From positions 1-38,183 of the IMG/VR virus record IMGVR_UViG_3300028743_000015: a stretch of DNA of 38,183 bases; one strand, given 5' to 3'. This document shows positions 7,669-17,225 of this stretch, piece after piece. The translations under genes and the position numbers were made by a program. The notes under the pieces are model-generated. The model was not told the origin of the DNA and searched no databases. It saw only the letters and a program-made list of their open reading frames with translations. The stretch's first letter is position 1, and every line of letters starts with the position of its first letter. The stretch comes from a virus (taxonomy: Duplodnaviria; Caudoviricetes).

Positions 7669-9362
7669 TGGACCACACACCTCGCAACCGCTACGAGCAA
7701 CGCTGGACCGCGCTCAAGAGCGAACGCTCTTCGTGGTTTCCCCATTGGCAAGACCTGTCGCGCAACTTGCAGCCCCGTTCGGGCCGCTTCTTCGTTACGG
7801 ATCGCAATCGCGGCGGCAAGCGCCACAACGCGATTTACGACAACACCGGCACCCGCGCGCTGCGCACATTGGCCGCAGGGCTTATGGCTGGTATGACCAG
7901 CCCGGCGCGCCCGTGGTTTCGGCTCACGACAGCGGACAGCGACCTTAACGCGCACCATGATACGCAGGTATGGCTCGCCAACGTGCGCAAGATCATGCTC
8001 GCGGTGTTCGCGCGTTCGAACACTTATCGGGCCTTGCAGCACTGTTACCTTGAGCTTGGGCTATTCGGCACGGCGGGCAGCATCGTTTTACCCAATTTCC
8101 AGAAGGTTATTCACCACTATCCCCACACGACGGGCGAATACGCCATCGCGTGCAACCCCGAGGGGCGTGTCGATACCTTCTACCGCGAGTTCCAAAAGCC
8201 CGTGAACGAGGTGGTAGCCGAATACGGCTACGCCAACTGCACCCCTGGCACCCAGCGACTTTATGACGGTGGCAATCTCGACGCATGGGTCACGCTGCGC
8301 CACGCTATCGAGCCGCGCGAGGATCGCGACCGCACCAGCCGTGACGCGCGCAATATGCCCTGGGCTTCGATCACGTGGGAGGCCGGTTCGCCCCCGGCGC
8401 GATATCTGCGTGAAAGTGGCTTCAAACACTTCCGCGCGATAGTTCCCCGGTGGGAAGCAGTTGGCGGAGATATCTACGGCGCTTCGCCTGCGATGGACGC
8501 GCTCGGCGACGTGAAGCAATTGCAGCACCAGCAGCTCCGCAAGGCGCAGGCCATCGACCAGATGGCGCTCCCCACGCTGCAAGCTCCCCCGTCCATGAAA
8601 AATGACGGCTTAAATCGCATCCCCGGTGGCGTGGTCTATAGCGAGGGTGCAGGCGCGAACGGGGGCGTGCGCAACCTCTACGACGTGAGGCTCGACCTCA
8701 ACCACCTGCTCGCGGATATCAACGATGTGCGAGGGCGTGTAAATGCCGCGTTTTACGCCGACCTGTTCCTTATGCTGGCAAGTATGCCGTCCGATGGCAG
8801 CATGACCGCAACCGAGGTTGCCGAGCGCCACGAGGAAAAGCTGCTCATGCTCGGCCCAGTGCTTGAGCGTTTACACGACGAACTGCTCGACCCGCTCATC
8901 TCGCTCACGTTCTACGACATGCTCGACGCCGGATTGGTGCCGCCGCCGCCGCCCGAAATGCAGGGGCAGCCGGTGCGAGTAGAGTTCGTATCGACCCTCG
9001 CGCAAGCTCAGCGCGCGGTGGGCACCAATTCGCTCGACCGCTTCGTGTCCAACCTTGGCGTGGTGGCGCGTTTTCAACCTTCTGTGCTCGACAAGTTCGA
9101 TGGCGACAAATGGGTGGATAGCTACGCCGACAGCCTTGGCGTCGATCCCGACCTTATCGTGGGCGACAAGCAGGTGGCACTGGTGCGCGACGCGCGGGCC
9201 AAGCAGCAGCAGCAGGCTGAGCAACTCGCAGCCGCAAACCACATGGCCGACACAGCGCAGAAACTGGCGCAGGTGCCGACAGGCGGCGGTCAGCAAAACG
9301 CGGCCAGCGACCTTATGAACCAGTTTTCGGGCTACGGCTCGCCTTCACCGGAGCAATATTAA
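7668..9362 (+). CDS. Portal (head-to-tail connector) protein
   Basis: LAAGLMAGMTSPARPWFRL and MTATEVAERHEEKLLMLGPVLERL are podovirus portal signatures. Confidence 0.95.
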   Translation: MDHTPRNRYEQRWTALKSERSSWFPHWQDLSRNLQPRSGRFFVTDRNRGGKRHNAIYDNTGTRALRTLAAGLMAGMTSPARPWFRLTTADSDLNAHHDTQVWLANVRKIMLAVFARSNTYRALQHCYLELGLFGTAGSIVLPNFQKVIHHYPHTTGEYAIACNPEGRVDTFYREFQKPVNEVVAEYGYANCTPGTQRLYDGGNLDAWVTLRHAIEPREDRDRTSRDARNMPWASITWEAGSPPARYLRESGFKHFRAIVPRWEAVGGDIYGASPAMDALGDVKQLQHQQLRKAQAIDQMALPTLQAPPSMKNDGLNRIPGGVVYSEGAGANGGVRNLYDVRLDLNHLLADINDVRGRVNAAFYADLFLMLASMPSDGSMTATEVAERHEEKLLMLGPVLERLHDELLDPLISLTFYDMLDAGLVPPPPPEMQGQPVRVEFVSTLAQAQRAVGTNSLDRFVSNLGVVARFQPSVLDKFDGDKWVDSYADSLGVDPDLIVGDKQVALVRDARAKQQQQAEQLAAANHMADTAQKLAQVPTGGGQQNAASDLMNQFSGYGSPSPEQY

Positions 9363-9673
9363 TGGCCCTCGCTGACCTCACCGCTGTTCGGGATACCGAC
9401 GACTGCTATCCGGGCTGTGGCCCTGATATTTATGGGCTTTGCCTTAGCCTTGACGACGCGCAGTGTGCCGCACTTGGCATCACAAAGCCGCCTCGTGCGG
9501 GCGTGATTATGGGCCTCAACGCGGTGGCGGTTGTGCGGCGGGTGTCGGAGGAAATCGACCAAGCCGGAGACACCGACAAGGAGGTGTGCTTGCAGCTCCA
9601 AATTACGCATATGGAGCTTAAAGACCCGCCCAAGGGCATGAACACCGCCAAGGCGCTCTACGGGTCCGACTGA
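9362..9673 (+). CDS. Possible capsid staple protein (epsilon15 gp10-like)
   Basis: YGLCLSLDD...LQLQITHMEL recalls the staple-family pattern (from memory); TAATG coupling. Confidence 0.55.
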   Translation: MALADLTAVRDTDDCYPGCGPDIYGLCLSLDDAQCAALGITKPPRAGVIMGLNAVAVVRRVSEEIDQAGDTDKEVCLQLQITHMELKDPPKGMNTAKALYGSD

Positions 9674-10848
9674 TGCGGCCTCTACAGCTCGACGCCGAGT
9701 TGCTGCGGTATTGCACCACCGACCGTCAGCGTGAAGTGGTGCAGGCCGTGATTGACAGCGGCGGTGCCCGCGCGGCGGCGCGCGCGCTTGGCTGCAACTA
9801 CACGGCGGTGGTCAACATCGTGACGCTGGTGCGGGGGAGAGCTGCGGGGAAGGGCTATGCGCCCGAGAACGATCTAACCGTGCCAGTCGCCCCCGGCATG
9901 AAGCTCGCTCGCCACGCGCAATACTACGACGGGGATGGTAAGCCTCGTGGCAAATGGGTAATCCAAACCCCTGATAGCGAAGCGCAGGCGCAGTTCCATG
10001 CCGCCATGGTCGCTGCGCTCAAGGCCGAAATCGTGCCTTTGCCAAATATCGCGCCGCCGCGAGCGACGCTTGACGACCTCCTTAACGTTTACACGTTCAC
10101 GGACTACCACTTCAACATGCTTGCGTGGGGGGAAGAGGCGGGCGACGATTGGGACATGACCATCGCGGCGCGGGTCTTGCGACTTTGCTTCCGGGATATG
10201 GTCGACCGTTCGCCCCCGGCGGGCACCTGCGTTATCGCGCAGCTTGGCGACTTTGCGCATACCGATGGTTTCCGCAATGCCACGCCCACCAGCGGGCACG
10301 AACTTGATGCGGATAGCCGCTATCCCAAGGCCGTGAGGGCCATGCTCTATGCATTGCGGGATTTGATCGAATACGCCGCCGCCAAGCACCAGAAGGTTGT
10401 GGTGCTGCTGGCCGAGGGCAACCACGACTTGTCTTCTAGCGTTTGGATGCGCGAAGCCTTTGCGATGTTTTACGAGGGCAATCCGCGTGTCACGGTTATG
10501 ACCGACCCCCAGCCGTATTACGCCTACGAATTTGGCCAGACATTCCTCGGCTGGCACCACGGGCACCTTGCCAAGAAGGCATCGCTGCCCCTTCTCTTCG
10601 CTACCGACTTCGCGCCCATGTGGGGCCGCACAAAATATCGGTTCATCCACACCGGGCACGAGCACCACGTTGACGTGAAGGAACACGCTGGCGCCGAGGT
10701 GCGACAACACCCGACTTTGGCAGCCAAGGACGCCTACGCCGCGCGCGGAGGCTGGCGCGCCATGCGTCGGGCGATTGGTATTACCTATCACCGCGAGCAT
10801 GGCGAACAAGGCTCGGTGACCACCACGCCCGAGATGATCGTGCCCTAG
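9673..10848 (+). CDS. HTH plus calcineurin-like metallophosphoesterase
   Basis: Motifs TDYH, LGDFAH, EGNHD, WHHGH, HTGHEHH; N-terminal HTH (GARAAARALGCNYTAV). Confidence 0.85.
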   Translation: MRPLQLDAELLRYCTTDRQREVVQAVIDSGGARAAARALGCNYTAVVNIVTLVRGRAAGKGYAPENDLTVPVAPGMKLARHAQYYDGDGKPRGKWVIQTPDSEAQAQFHAAMVAALKAEIVPLPNIAPPRATLDDLLNVYTFTDYHFNMLAWGEEAGDDWDMTIAARVLRLCFRDMVDRSPPAGTCVIAQLGDFAHTDGFRNATPTSGHELDADSRYPKAVRAMLYALRDLIEYAAAKHQKVVVLLAEGNHDLSSSVWMREAFAMFYEGNPRVTVMTDPQPYYAYEFGQTFLGWHHGHLAKKASLPLLFATDFAPMWGRTKYRFIHTGHEHHVDVKEHAGAEVRQHPTLAAKDAYAARGGWRAMRRAIGITYHREHGEQGSVTTTPEMIVP

Positions 10849-10881
10849 CGTTCACTTGCCCCCGAAAGGGTCGGGCATCGT
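10849..10881 (+). promoter_or_regulatory. Putative late promoter 3 (head operon)
   Basis: CGTTCACTTG (10849-10858), 17 nt, CATCGT (10876-10881); ATG 8 nt downstream, no SD. Confidence 0.7.
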
Positions 10882-10889
10882 CGTTAGCG

Positions 10890-11198
10890 ATGAGTTCACC
10901 GGACCCCTTCGAGGCCGCTGCTGCGGAACTGGACCACGCCTCCGTCGAGGATACGCGGCAGCAGCAATTGGAAGCCGAAGCGGACCTCCGGTGGCTCATC
11001 ACCGAGTTTCGCGGGCGCCGCTTTCTGCGGCGTCTCCTCGACGACACTGGCGTGTTTCGCTCGACCTTCACAGGGGAAGCCATTGGCGCCGCGTTCAACG
11101 AGGGACGGCGCAACATCGGGCTGCAAATTGTGGCCGATGTTGCCCGTACGGCGCCCGCCGCACTCGGTTCGATTTTGACCGAGGAACAATATGGCTGA
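10890..11198 (+). CDS. Head-region protein (Bbp19-like)
   Basis: LRWLITEFRGRRFLRRLL...AFNEGRRNIGL motif; position between portal and scaffold. Confidence 0.75.
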   Translation: MSSPDPFEAAAAELDHASVEDTRQQQLEAEADLRWLITEFRGRRFLRRLLDDTGVFRSTFTGEAIGAAFNEGRRNIGLQIVADVARTAPAALGSILTEEQYG

Positions 11199-11850
11199 CG
11201 GCACTTCCGACCCGACCCCAAGCTCCGCAGAAGCCCCCGCGCAAAGCGATGGCGGCACGCTGCTGACGGCTGCCCCCGCAACGCAAATCCCCATCGACGA
11301 GCGTAAGCCCGACCAGGGCGAGGGCGACAAGACCCCTGACAAGGGAGAAGGCGCCAAGGAATCTACCGGCGAGGCCGAAGGTGATGAACCTGCCCCCGGC
11401 GCGCCCGAGGAATACGCGGATTTTGCCGCGCCCAATGGCGTGACGCTCAACGCTGAATTGCTGGCGGCCTTCAAGGAAGCGGCCAAGGCCGACAACCTGC
11501 CGCAGGACAAAGCGCAGCAATACGTCGACCTCGGCGCCAAGATTTTACAGCAGCAGGCCCAAGCACAGGCTGACGAAATCCTTGCCATTCGTGGTGAGTG
11601 GAAAACGTCAAGCGAAGCACAGTTCAGCGCAGAGCAGTTCGCTGCCGCGCGTGCAGGGCTTGAGGCCCACGGCACGCCCGAACTGGTCACGCTGCTCGAC
11701 CAATCCGGCCTCGGAAATCACCCCGAGATTATCCGGCTGCTCGTCAACGCGGGGGCTTCCGCGCGCGAAGACAAGCTCGTCCCCGGTCGCGAACCGGCGC
11801 CGAAACCCGCCACTTTGGCGGGCCGTCTTTACCCCGAACAAGCCGCGTAA
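11191..11850 (+). CDS. Capsid scaffolding/assembly protein
   Basis: GAGG SD; acidic, Pro-rich N-terminus, GAPEEY, GLGNHPEIIRLL; directly before the MCP. Confidence 0.8.
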   Translation: MADGTSDPTPSSAEAPAQSDGGTLLTAAPATQIPIDERKPDQGEGDKTPDKGEGAKESTGEAEGDEPAPGAPEEYADFAAPNGVTLNAELLAAFKEAAKADNLPQDKAQQYVDLGAKILQQQAQAQADEILAIRGEWKTSSEAQFSAEQFAAARAGLEAHGTPELVTLLDQSGLGNHPEIIRLLVNAGASAREDKLVPGREPAPKPATLAGRLYPEQAA

Positions 11851-11862
11851 GGAGCCTAGGCC

Positions 11863-12882
11863 ATGGCCGTTCTCAATACCGGGCAGCTCACCCTCGCCGA
11901 TTGGGCCAAGCGCCAAGACCCTGAGGGTCGTATCGCCGCCGTCGCCGAGCTGCTGTCGCAGACCAACGAAATTCTCGAAGACGCTGTGTTCGCCGAGGGC
12001 AACCTTGCCACCGGCCACCGTGTTACCATCCGCACCGGCCTGCCGAACGTCTACTGGCGCGCGCTCAACGCGGGTGTGCCGACCAGCAAGTCGACCACCG
12101 CGCAGGTTGATGAGCAGTGCGGTATGCTCGAAGCGCGTTCGCATATCGACGTGCGCCTTGCCGCCCTCAACAACAACACCGCCGAATTCCGCTTGTCCGA
12201 GGACGTGGCCTTCCTTGAAGCCATGAACCAGACCCAAGCGCAGACGATGTTCTATGGCAACCCCGGCACCAACCCGCTGGGCTACCTTGGCTTTGGTCCG
12301 CGCTACTCTTCGTTGTCGGCGGGCAACGCGCAGAATGTTATCTCGGCTGGCGGCGCATCGTCGAACAACACCTCCATTTGGCTGGTGGGCTGGGGCGACA
12401 ACACCGTGTTCTGCCCCTTTCCGAAGGGCTCGCAGGCAGGCCTCAAGCACCAAGACCTCGGCGAAGAGAGCGTGCCGGATGGCAACGGCGGCTGGTATCA
12501 GGCGCTGCGCACCCTCTACACGTGGGACAACGGGCTGGTCGTGCGTGACTGGCGGTATGCGATCCGCATTGCCAATATCAACACCGCCGATCTGCTTGGC
12601 CAGAGCGGCACGCAGGCGGCGGCCGCCGCAACGGCCATCATCAACTTGATGGCGCGCGCGGTTGATCGCCTGCCCTCTATGGGCATGTGTCGCCCGGCCT
12701 TCTACATGAACCGCACGGTGCATTCGCTGCTCCGCGTCGCGGCTATGAACAAGTCGTCGCAGGTGCTGACGATTGAGAAGGGCCTCAACCAGTTCGGTTC
12801 GTCGTCGTCGTGGACCTCGTTTGATGGGGTGCCTCTGCGCCGCGTCGACCAGCTCCTCAATACCGAAGCCGTCGTCAGCTAA
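11863..12882 (+). CDS. Major capsid protein (BPP-1/epsilon15-like)
   Basis: AAGGAG SD; LTLADWAKR...ELLSQTNEILED...TGHRVTIRTGLP...RDWRYAIRIANI...FDGVPLRRVDQLLNTEA. Confidence 0.95.
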   Translation: MAVLNTGQLTLADWAKRQDPEGRIAAVAELLSQTNEILEDAVFAEGNLATGHRVTIRTGLPNVYWRALNAGVPTSKSTTAQVDEQCGMLEARSHIDVRLAALNNNTAEFRLSEDVAFLEAMNQTQAQTMFYGNPGTNPLGYLGFGPRYSSLSAGNAQNVISAGGASSNNTSIWLVGWGDNTVFCPFPKGSQAGLKHQDLGEESVPDGNGGWYQALRTLYTWDNGLVVRDWRYAIRIANINTADLLGQSGTQAAAAATAIINLMARAVDRLPSMGMCRPAFYMNRTVHSLLRVAAMNKSSQVLTIEKGLNQFGSSSSWTSFDGVPLRRVDQLLNTEAVVS

Positions 12883-12895
12883 GGACAACTGAGCA

Positions 12896-13396
12896 ATGGC
12901 AATTCTTGATGCTTTCAGCCTGTTTTCGGGCTCCTACGCCAGCGGTGCCCTGACGGGTCAGACAGTCACCGGCACCAACACCACGGTGAATGGCACCAAC
13001 GTCTACGATACGCAGGCGGGCCTTACCCTCAACACCGGCGGCCAGAACGTCGACCTCGGCAAGGGTCAGGAGTTTGATGTCGAGTTCGATATCACCACCG
13101 CTTTTGTCGGCGCCACCTCGGTCGAGTTCCAGATTGTTAACGCGGATGACAACGCGCTGGCAACCAACGCGACCACGCTGGCCTCGACCGGCGCGGTTGT
13201 GCTGGCGCAGCTCACCGCAGGGACACGTATCTCGGTAGCTGTGCCGAAGGCCGACCCCCGCACGGTCCGCCGCTATGTTGGCGTGCGCTACGTGATCGTC
13301 GGCACCGGCACCGCTGGCGCGGTTACGGCGGGCTTCACCACGCTTGCCAGCGACCTTCCGCAGCCGACTTACAAGTCTGGCTTTGCTGTTCTGTAA
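12896..13396 (+). CDS. Capsid cement/decoration protein (Bbp16-like)
   Basis: MAILDAFSLFS start, beta-rich, RRYVGVRYVIVGT...GAVTAG; directly after MCP. Confidence 0.75.
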   Translation: MAILDAFSLFSGSYASGALTGQTVTGTNTTVNGTNVYDTQAGLTLNTGGQNVDLGKGQEFDVEFDITTAFVGATSVEFQIVNADDNALATNATTLASTGAVVLAQLTAGTRISVAVPKADPRTVRRYVGVRYVIVGTGTAGAVTAGFTTLASDLPQPTYKSGFAVL

Positions 13397-13408
13397 GGAG
13401 GTTCTCTC

Positions 13409-13648
13409 ATGGCTCAATATCGCGTTCTCGAAGTAAGCTTCATCGAAAACAGTCTGCGAAAACCCGGCGATATCATCGAGTTCGACGGCCCCCCCGGTGC
13501 CAACCTCGAACCGGTGGACGCCGCCGCGAAGAAGGCTGCCAAGGCAGCCGCTGACGCCGCAGCCGCAGCCGCAGCCGCTGCTGCTGCTGCTGCTGCTGCT
13601 GCTGCAACGGCTGCCGAGGCTCCCCCCGCCGATCCGGCGTTGGCCTAA
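13409..13648 (+). CDS. Small head-region protein with 17-Ala tract
   Basis: AAGGAGG SD; YRVLEVSFIENSLRKPGDIIEFDGPPGANLEP domain followed by poly-Ala. Confidence 0.8.
   Translation: MAQYRVLEVSFIENSLRKPGDIIEFDGPPGANLEPVDAAAKKAAKAAADAAAAAAAAAAAAAAAAATAAEAPPADPALA
13556..13606 (+). repeat. Trinucleotide repeat (GCCGCA)3 GCC (GCT)9 GCA
   Basis: Read directly; encodes 17 consecutive Ala. Confidence 0.95.
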
Positions 13649-13680
13649 CCCGCCGACAAATGGGCGATAGCCCCGATGGG

Positions 13681-13707
13681 AGAGGGGGCCGCGTGCCCCC
13701 TCTTTTT
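13681..13707 (+). terminator. Intrinsic terminator after capsid genes
   Basis: AGAGGGGGC-CGCGT-GCCCCCTCT followed by a T run. Confidence 0.75.
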
Positions 13708-13721
13708 CGTAGGAGACGAGC

Positions 13722-14330
13722 GTGGCCACTGAAATCAGCATCTGTAATACGGCCTTGAGCCACCTCGGCGACGAAGCTGGCGTAGCGTCAATCGACCCGC
13801 CCGAGGGTAGCCCGCAGGCTGGTAGCTGCGCGACGTTCTATCCCATTGCGCGCGACGAAACCCTTGAGCGGCACACGTGGGGGTTCGCGACTGCAGAGGT
13901 CGGGCTGTCGCTGCTGGGCATCACCCGCCTTGGCTGGGATTATGCCTTTGGCGCGCCGAGCGATATGGCCAAGGCGCAGGCCCTTTTGCCCGAAGGGTGG
14001 ACGAAAGGCACTCCCACCGCAGAATTCACGATTGAGGCAGACGATAACGGCAATATCGTAATCCTGACGAATGAGGCTGCGCCCACGCTCAAATACACAA
14101 GGCGTATCATCGACCCGGCGCGCTTCTCGGCGCTGTTCGTCTCGGCAGTTGGGTGGAAGCTGGCCTCGTTGCTTGCTGGCCCGGTGCTCAAAGGTGACGC
14201 TGGCCGGACCGCCGCCGCCGAGTGCTTCAAGATGCACGAGTACACTCTGGGTCTCGCTGCTGGCAGCGATGCGAACGGGCAGCGTGTAAACGCCCCCCAT
14301 CTTCCTCCTTCGATCAAAGCGCGGCTATGA
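13722..14330 (+). CDS. Tail tubular protein A / adaptor (T7 gp11-like)
   Basis: AGGAG SD, GTG; EISICNTALSHLG...FYPIARDETLERHTWGFA...FSALFVSAVGWKLA. Confidence 0.88.
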   Translation: MATEISICNTALSHLGDEAGVASIDPPEGSPQAGSCATFYPIARDETLERHTWGFATAEVGLSLLGITRLGWDYAFGAPSDMAKAQALLPEGWTKGTPTAEFTIEADDNGNIVILTNEAAPTLKYTRRIIDPARFSALFVSAVGWKLASLLAGPVLKGDAGRTAAAECFKMHEYTLGLAAGSDANGQRVNAPHLPPSIKARL

Positions 14331-16696
14331 GCAGCAACCCCCGCACCTTCTTGCGGTCCTTCGCGGGCGGTGAACTTACTCCCGAATTTTTCGGGCATAT
14401 CGACGACGCGAAGTTTCAAACAGGGCTGCGCACCTGCCGAAACTTTGTTGTAAAGCCGCACGGCCCAGTAGAGAACCGGGCGGGCACGGCCATGGTGCGC
14501 GAGGTTAAGGACAGCACCAAGAAGACGCGCATCATCCCGTTTGTCTATGCCTCGGATCAAAGCCTTGTTATCGAGGTGGGCGCGGGATATTTCCGTTTCC
14601 ACACTCAAGGCGCAACGGTGCTCTCTGGCGGCGTTCCTTACGAGGTGACGAACCCTTACGCGCAGGACGATCTGGCTGGTATAAAGTTCCTTCAGTCCAA
14701 CGACGTGGTGACGTTGACGCATTCGGGTTACCCACCCGCAGAGCTTCGCCGCCTTGGTGCCACGAACTGGACCTATACCGCGCTGTCTTTTGCTTCGGCC
14801 CTTTCTCCGCCCACCGGCATAACAGCATCGGCAACCCCGGCCACGACTAGCCCCGGCACACCGACCTTACAGTCCTATGTCGTAACGGCGGTGAAGGGAG
14901 CGGATGAAAGCGCGTCTTCGGCCACTGGCACGGGCGCCCAACCCACCGGCGGTTCGGCTATATCGAGTATGAGCAACGCCAACCCTGGCTTGTTCACGAG
15001 CTTCGACGTGCCCGCTACTGATTTTGTGGTGGGCGAGAAGGTCTATATTTCGGGCTGCGCAGGAGTAACGGGCGTCAACGACACTTTCTTCTACATCAAC
15101 ACCTATAATGTGACCTATGACGACTCCGCTTCCGCTTCCGGGTTTACGTTTACCCTCAAGGATGCCAGCGGCACAGCATTCGACACTACTTCGATTGGCA
15201 CTTACACCGGCGGCGGCAAGATCGCGCATGGTTCTTCCGCCGCGGGTATCGGAAGCTGCTCGAACAACCTCTACGACACCGGCGCCTATAACACACTCGC
15301 GTGGTCGGCGGTATCGAACGCCGAACGCTATTATGTCTACAAGCAGTATAATGGTCTATTTGGTTATATCGGGCAGACAACAGACCTTAGCTTCAAGGAC
15401 GATGATATCGCGGCGGATGTGTCGAAGACGCCACCGATCACCAACATCCCTTTTACAGCAGCGGGGGATTACCCCGCCGCGTCAGGATATTTCGAACAGC
15501 GACGGTGTTTCGCAGGGACGGCCAACAACCCCGCCAAGTTTTGGGCCACCCGTTCGGCGACAGAGAGCAACCTCTCCTATTCGATCCCCGGTCGCGACGA
15601 CGACGCGGTTATCTTCTCGCTTGCAGCCCGCGAGCGACAGGCCATCCGGCATATCATCCCGCTGTCCAATCTCATCCTGCTTACCGAGAGCAGCGAGTGG
15701 CGGGTCGCGCCCGACACGGGCACGGTGCTAACCCCCAGCGTTTCGGTGCGCCAGCAATCCGCTATTGGCACTGCCGACGCGCCGCCCGTGATCGTCAACA
15801 ACAACTTGCTCTTCGCAGCCGCGCGCGGCGGGCACGTGCGCGAGCTGGCGTATAACTGGCAGGCCAACGGCTATATCACCGGCGACTTGTCGCTGCGCGC
15901 GCCGCACCTGTTTGACGGCTACTCGATTGTCGACATGGCCTACGCCAAAGCCCCCATACCGATAGTGTGGGCGGTATCGTCGAGCGGATCGCTCCTTGGC
16001 CTTACATATGTGCCAGAGCAGGAAGTCGGAGGCTGGCACCGGCACGATACCACCGGCGGTGTGTTCGAGCATATCGCCGTTGTGCCCGAGGGGGCCGAGG
16101 ACGTGCTTTATGCGGTGGTAAAGCGCGACGCGAATAGGTTCATCGAGCGCATGGCCTCGCGCGCGAATGGGGCTCTTGCCGATGCCTTCTTTGTGGACTG
16201 CGGTATTTCGCAGACTTTCGGCGCCCCGGTGTCGGCGGTGAGCGGCCTCGATTGGCTAGAGGGGCAAACGGTGTCGATCTTGGCCGATGGCGCGGTGCAT
16301 CCCCAGCAGGTGGTCACAGGGGGCGCGATCTCATTGCAGTGGGCGGCGAGCAAAATCACGGTCGGCTTGCCTATCGAGGCCGATATCGAGACGTTGCCCA
16401 TTGCCGTGCAGGCCATCGCCTTCGGGCAGGGCCAGCTCAAAAACGTCAGCCGGATATTCGTGCGAGTGTTCCAATCCAGCGCCATCGCGGGAGGGCCGAG
16501 CTTCGACAAGCTCACCGAATACAAGCAGCGCACGACCGAGGCTTACGGCACGTCGCCCGCGCCGGTGACGGCTGAAATCTCGTTTGCGATTGGGCCGAGC
16601 TGGGGCACCGACGGGCAGGTGTGCTTGCGGCAATCGCAGCCTTTGCCCCTCACCGTTGTGTCGCTGGTCGCGGAGTTCGCCGCCGGTGGGGGGTAA
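14327..16696 (+). CDS. Tail tubular protein B / nozzle (T7 gp12-like)
   Basis: ATGA overlap; SFAGGELTPEFFGHIDDAKFQTG...NFVVKPHGPVENRAGT, YFEQRRCFAG, GGWHRHDT. Confidence 0.9.
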   Translation: MSSNPRTFLRSFAGGELTPEFFGHIDDAKFQTGLRTCRNFVVKPHGPVENRAGTAMVREVKDSTKKTRIIPFVYASDQSLVIEVGAGYFRFHTQGATVLSGGVPYEVTNPYAQDDLAGIKFLQSNDVVTLTHSGYPPAELRRLGATNWTYTALSFASALSPPTGITASATPATTSPGTPTLQSYVVTAVKGADESASSATGTGAQPTGGSAISSMSNANPGLFTSFDVPATDFVVGEKVYISGCAGVTGVNDTFFYINTYNVTYDDSASASGFTFTLKDASGTAFDTTSIGTYTGGGKIAHGSSAAGIGSCSNNLYDTGAYNTLAWSAVSNAERYYVYKQYNGLFGYIGQTTDLSFKDDDIAADVSKTPPITNIPFTAAGDYPAASGYFEQRRCFAGTANNPAKFWATRSATESNLSYSIPGRDDDAVIFSLAARERQAIRHIIPLSNLILLTESSEWRVAPDTGTVLTPSVSVRQQSAIGTADAPPVIVNNNLLFAAARGGHVRELAYNWQANGYITGDLSLRAPHLFDGYSIVDMAYAKAPIPIVWAVSSSGSLLGLTYVPEQEVGGWHRHDTTGGVFEHIAVVPEGAEDVLYAVVKRDANRFIERMASRANGALADAFFVDCGISQTFGAPVSAVSGLDWLEGQTVSILADGAVHPQQVVTGGAISLQWAASKITVGLPIEADIETLPIAVQAIAFGQGQLKNVSRIFVRVFQSSAIAGGPSFDKLTEYKQRTTEAYGTSPAPVTAEISFAIGPSWGTDGQVCLRQSQPLPLTVVSLVAEFAAGGG

Positions 16697-17225
16697 GCTA
16701 AGACTGCGCGAAGTCGCCCCCGGCGACGCGGCGATGCTCGCCGCGCGCCTGCGGCCGGGCGATGTTGCCGAGGTTGAGGCCTCCACCGGTAGCGATCCAG
16801 AGCGAGCGGTGCGCCTTGGTATCGCGGAGAGCGATCCCGCGTATCTGCTGGCAGCGGAGTTTGGTGGGGAGCTGGGTGCCATCTTCGGGGTCGCGCCCGT
16901 TTCGCTTGCGACGGGTTCGGGAAGCATATGGATGTTGGGCACGACGGTAATGGACGACCATGGGCGTTCACTTGGTCTCGTTGCACACCGGTATGTTGCA
17001 GAAGCATCACGGGCCTACCCACTGTTGTTCAACTATGTGGACGCGCGCAATGCGCCATCGCTGCGGTTGATCCGGTGGCTAGGCTTTGAAGTCGAGCCCG
17101 CGCGCCCATTCGGGGTGCGGGGTTTGCCGTTTCATAGGTTCGAGCTGCGGAGCGTCAGACAAGAATGTGCGTTAGCAACTCGGGCGGTAAAAGCACAGCA
17201 GGGACAGCCTCACAGCTATCGCTAG
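16686..17225 (+). CDS. Internal virion protein A-like (T7 gp13-like, GNAT-like fold); start inferred
   Basis: GGAG then GTG 16686; LRPGDVAEV, IWMLGT, LFNYVDARNAPSLRLIRWLGF; conserved position between nozzle and ejection genes. Confidence 0.75.
   Translation: MGGKLRLREVAPGDAAMLAARLRPGDVAEVEASTGSDPERAVRLGIAESDPAYLLAAEFGGELGAIFGVAPVSLATGSGSIWMLGTTVMDDHGRSLGLVAHRYVAEASRAYPLLFNYVDARNAPSLRLIRWLGFEVEPARPFGVRGLPFHRFELRSVRQECALATRAVKAQQGQPHSYR
16965..16997 (+). promoter_or_regulatory. Putative late promoter 4 (intragenic, for ejection-protein operon)
   Basis: CGTTCACTTG (16965-16974), 17 nt, TATGTT (16992-16997). Confidence 0.6.

Noticed and set aside
10094-10126. CGTTCAC matches at 10094 and 24070 as additional late promoters
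   Set aside because: They lack the WWG continuation and any -10-like hexamer at 17 nt.
12840-12900. T7 10B-style frameshift extension of the capsid protein
   Set aside because: No slippery sequence before the TAA; the next gene has its own SD.
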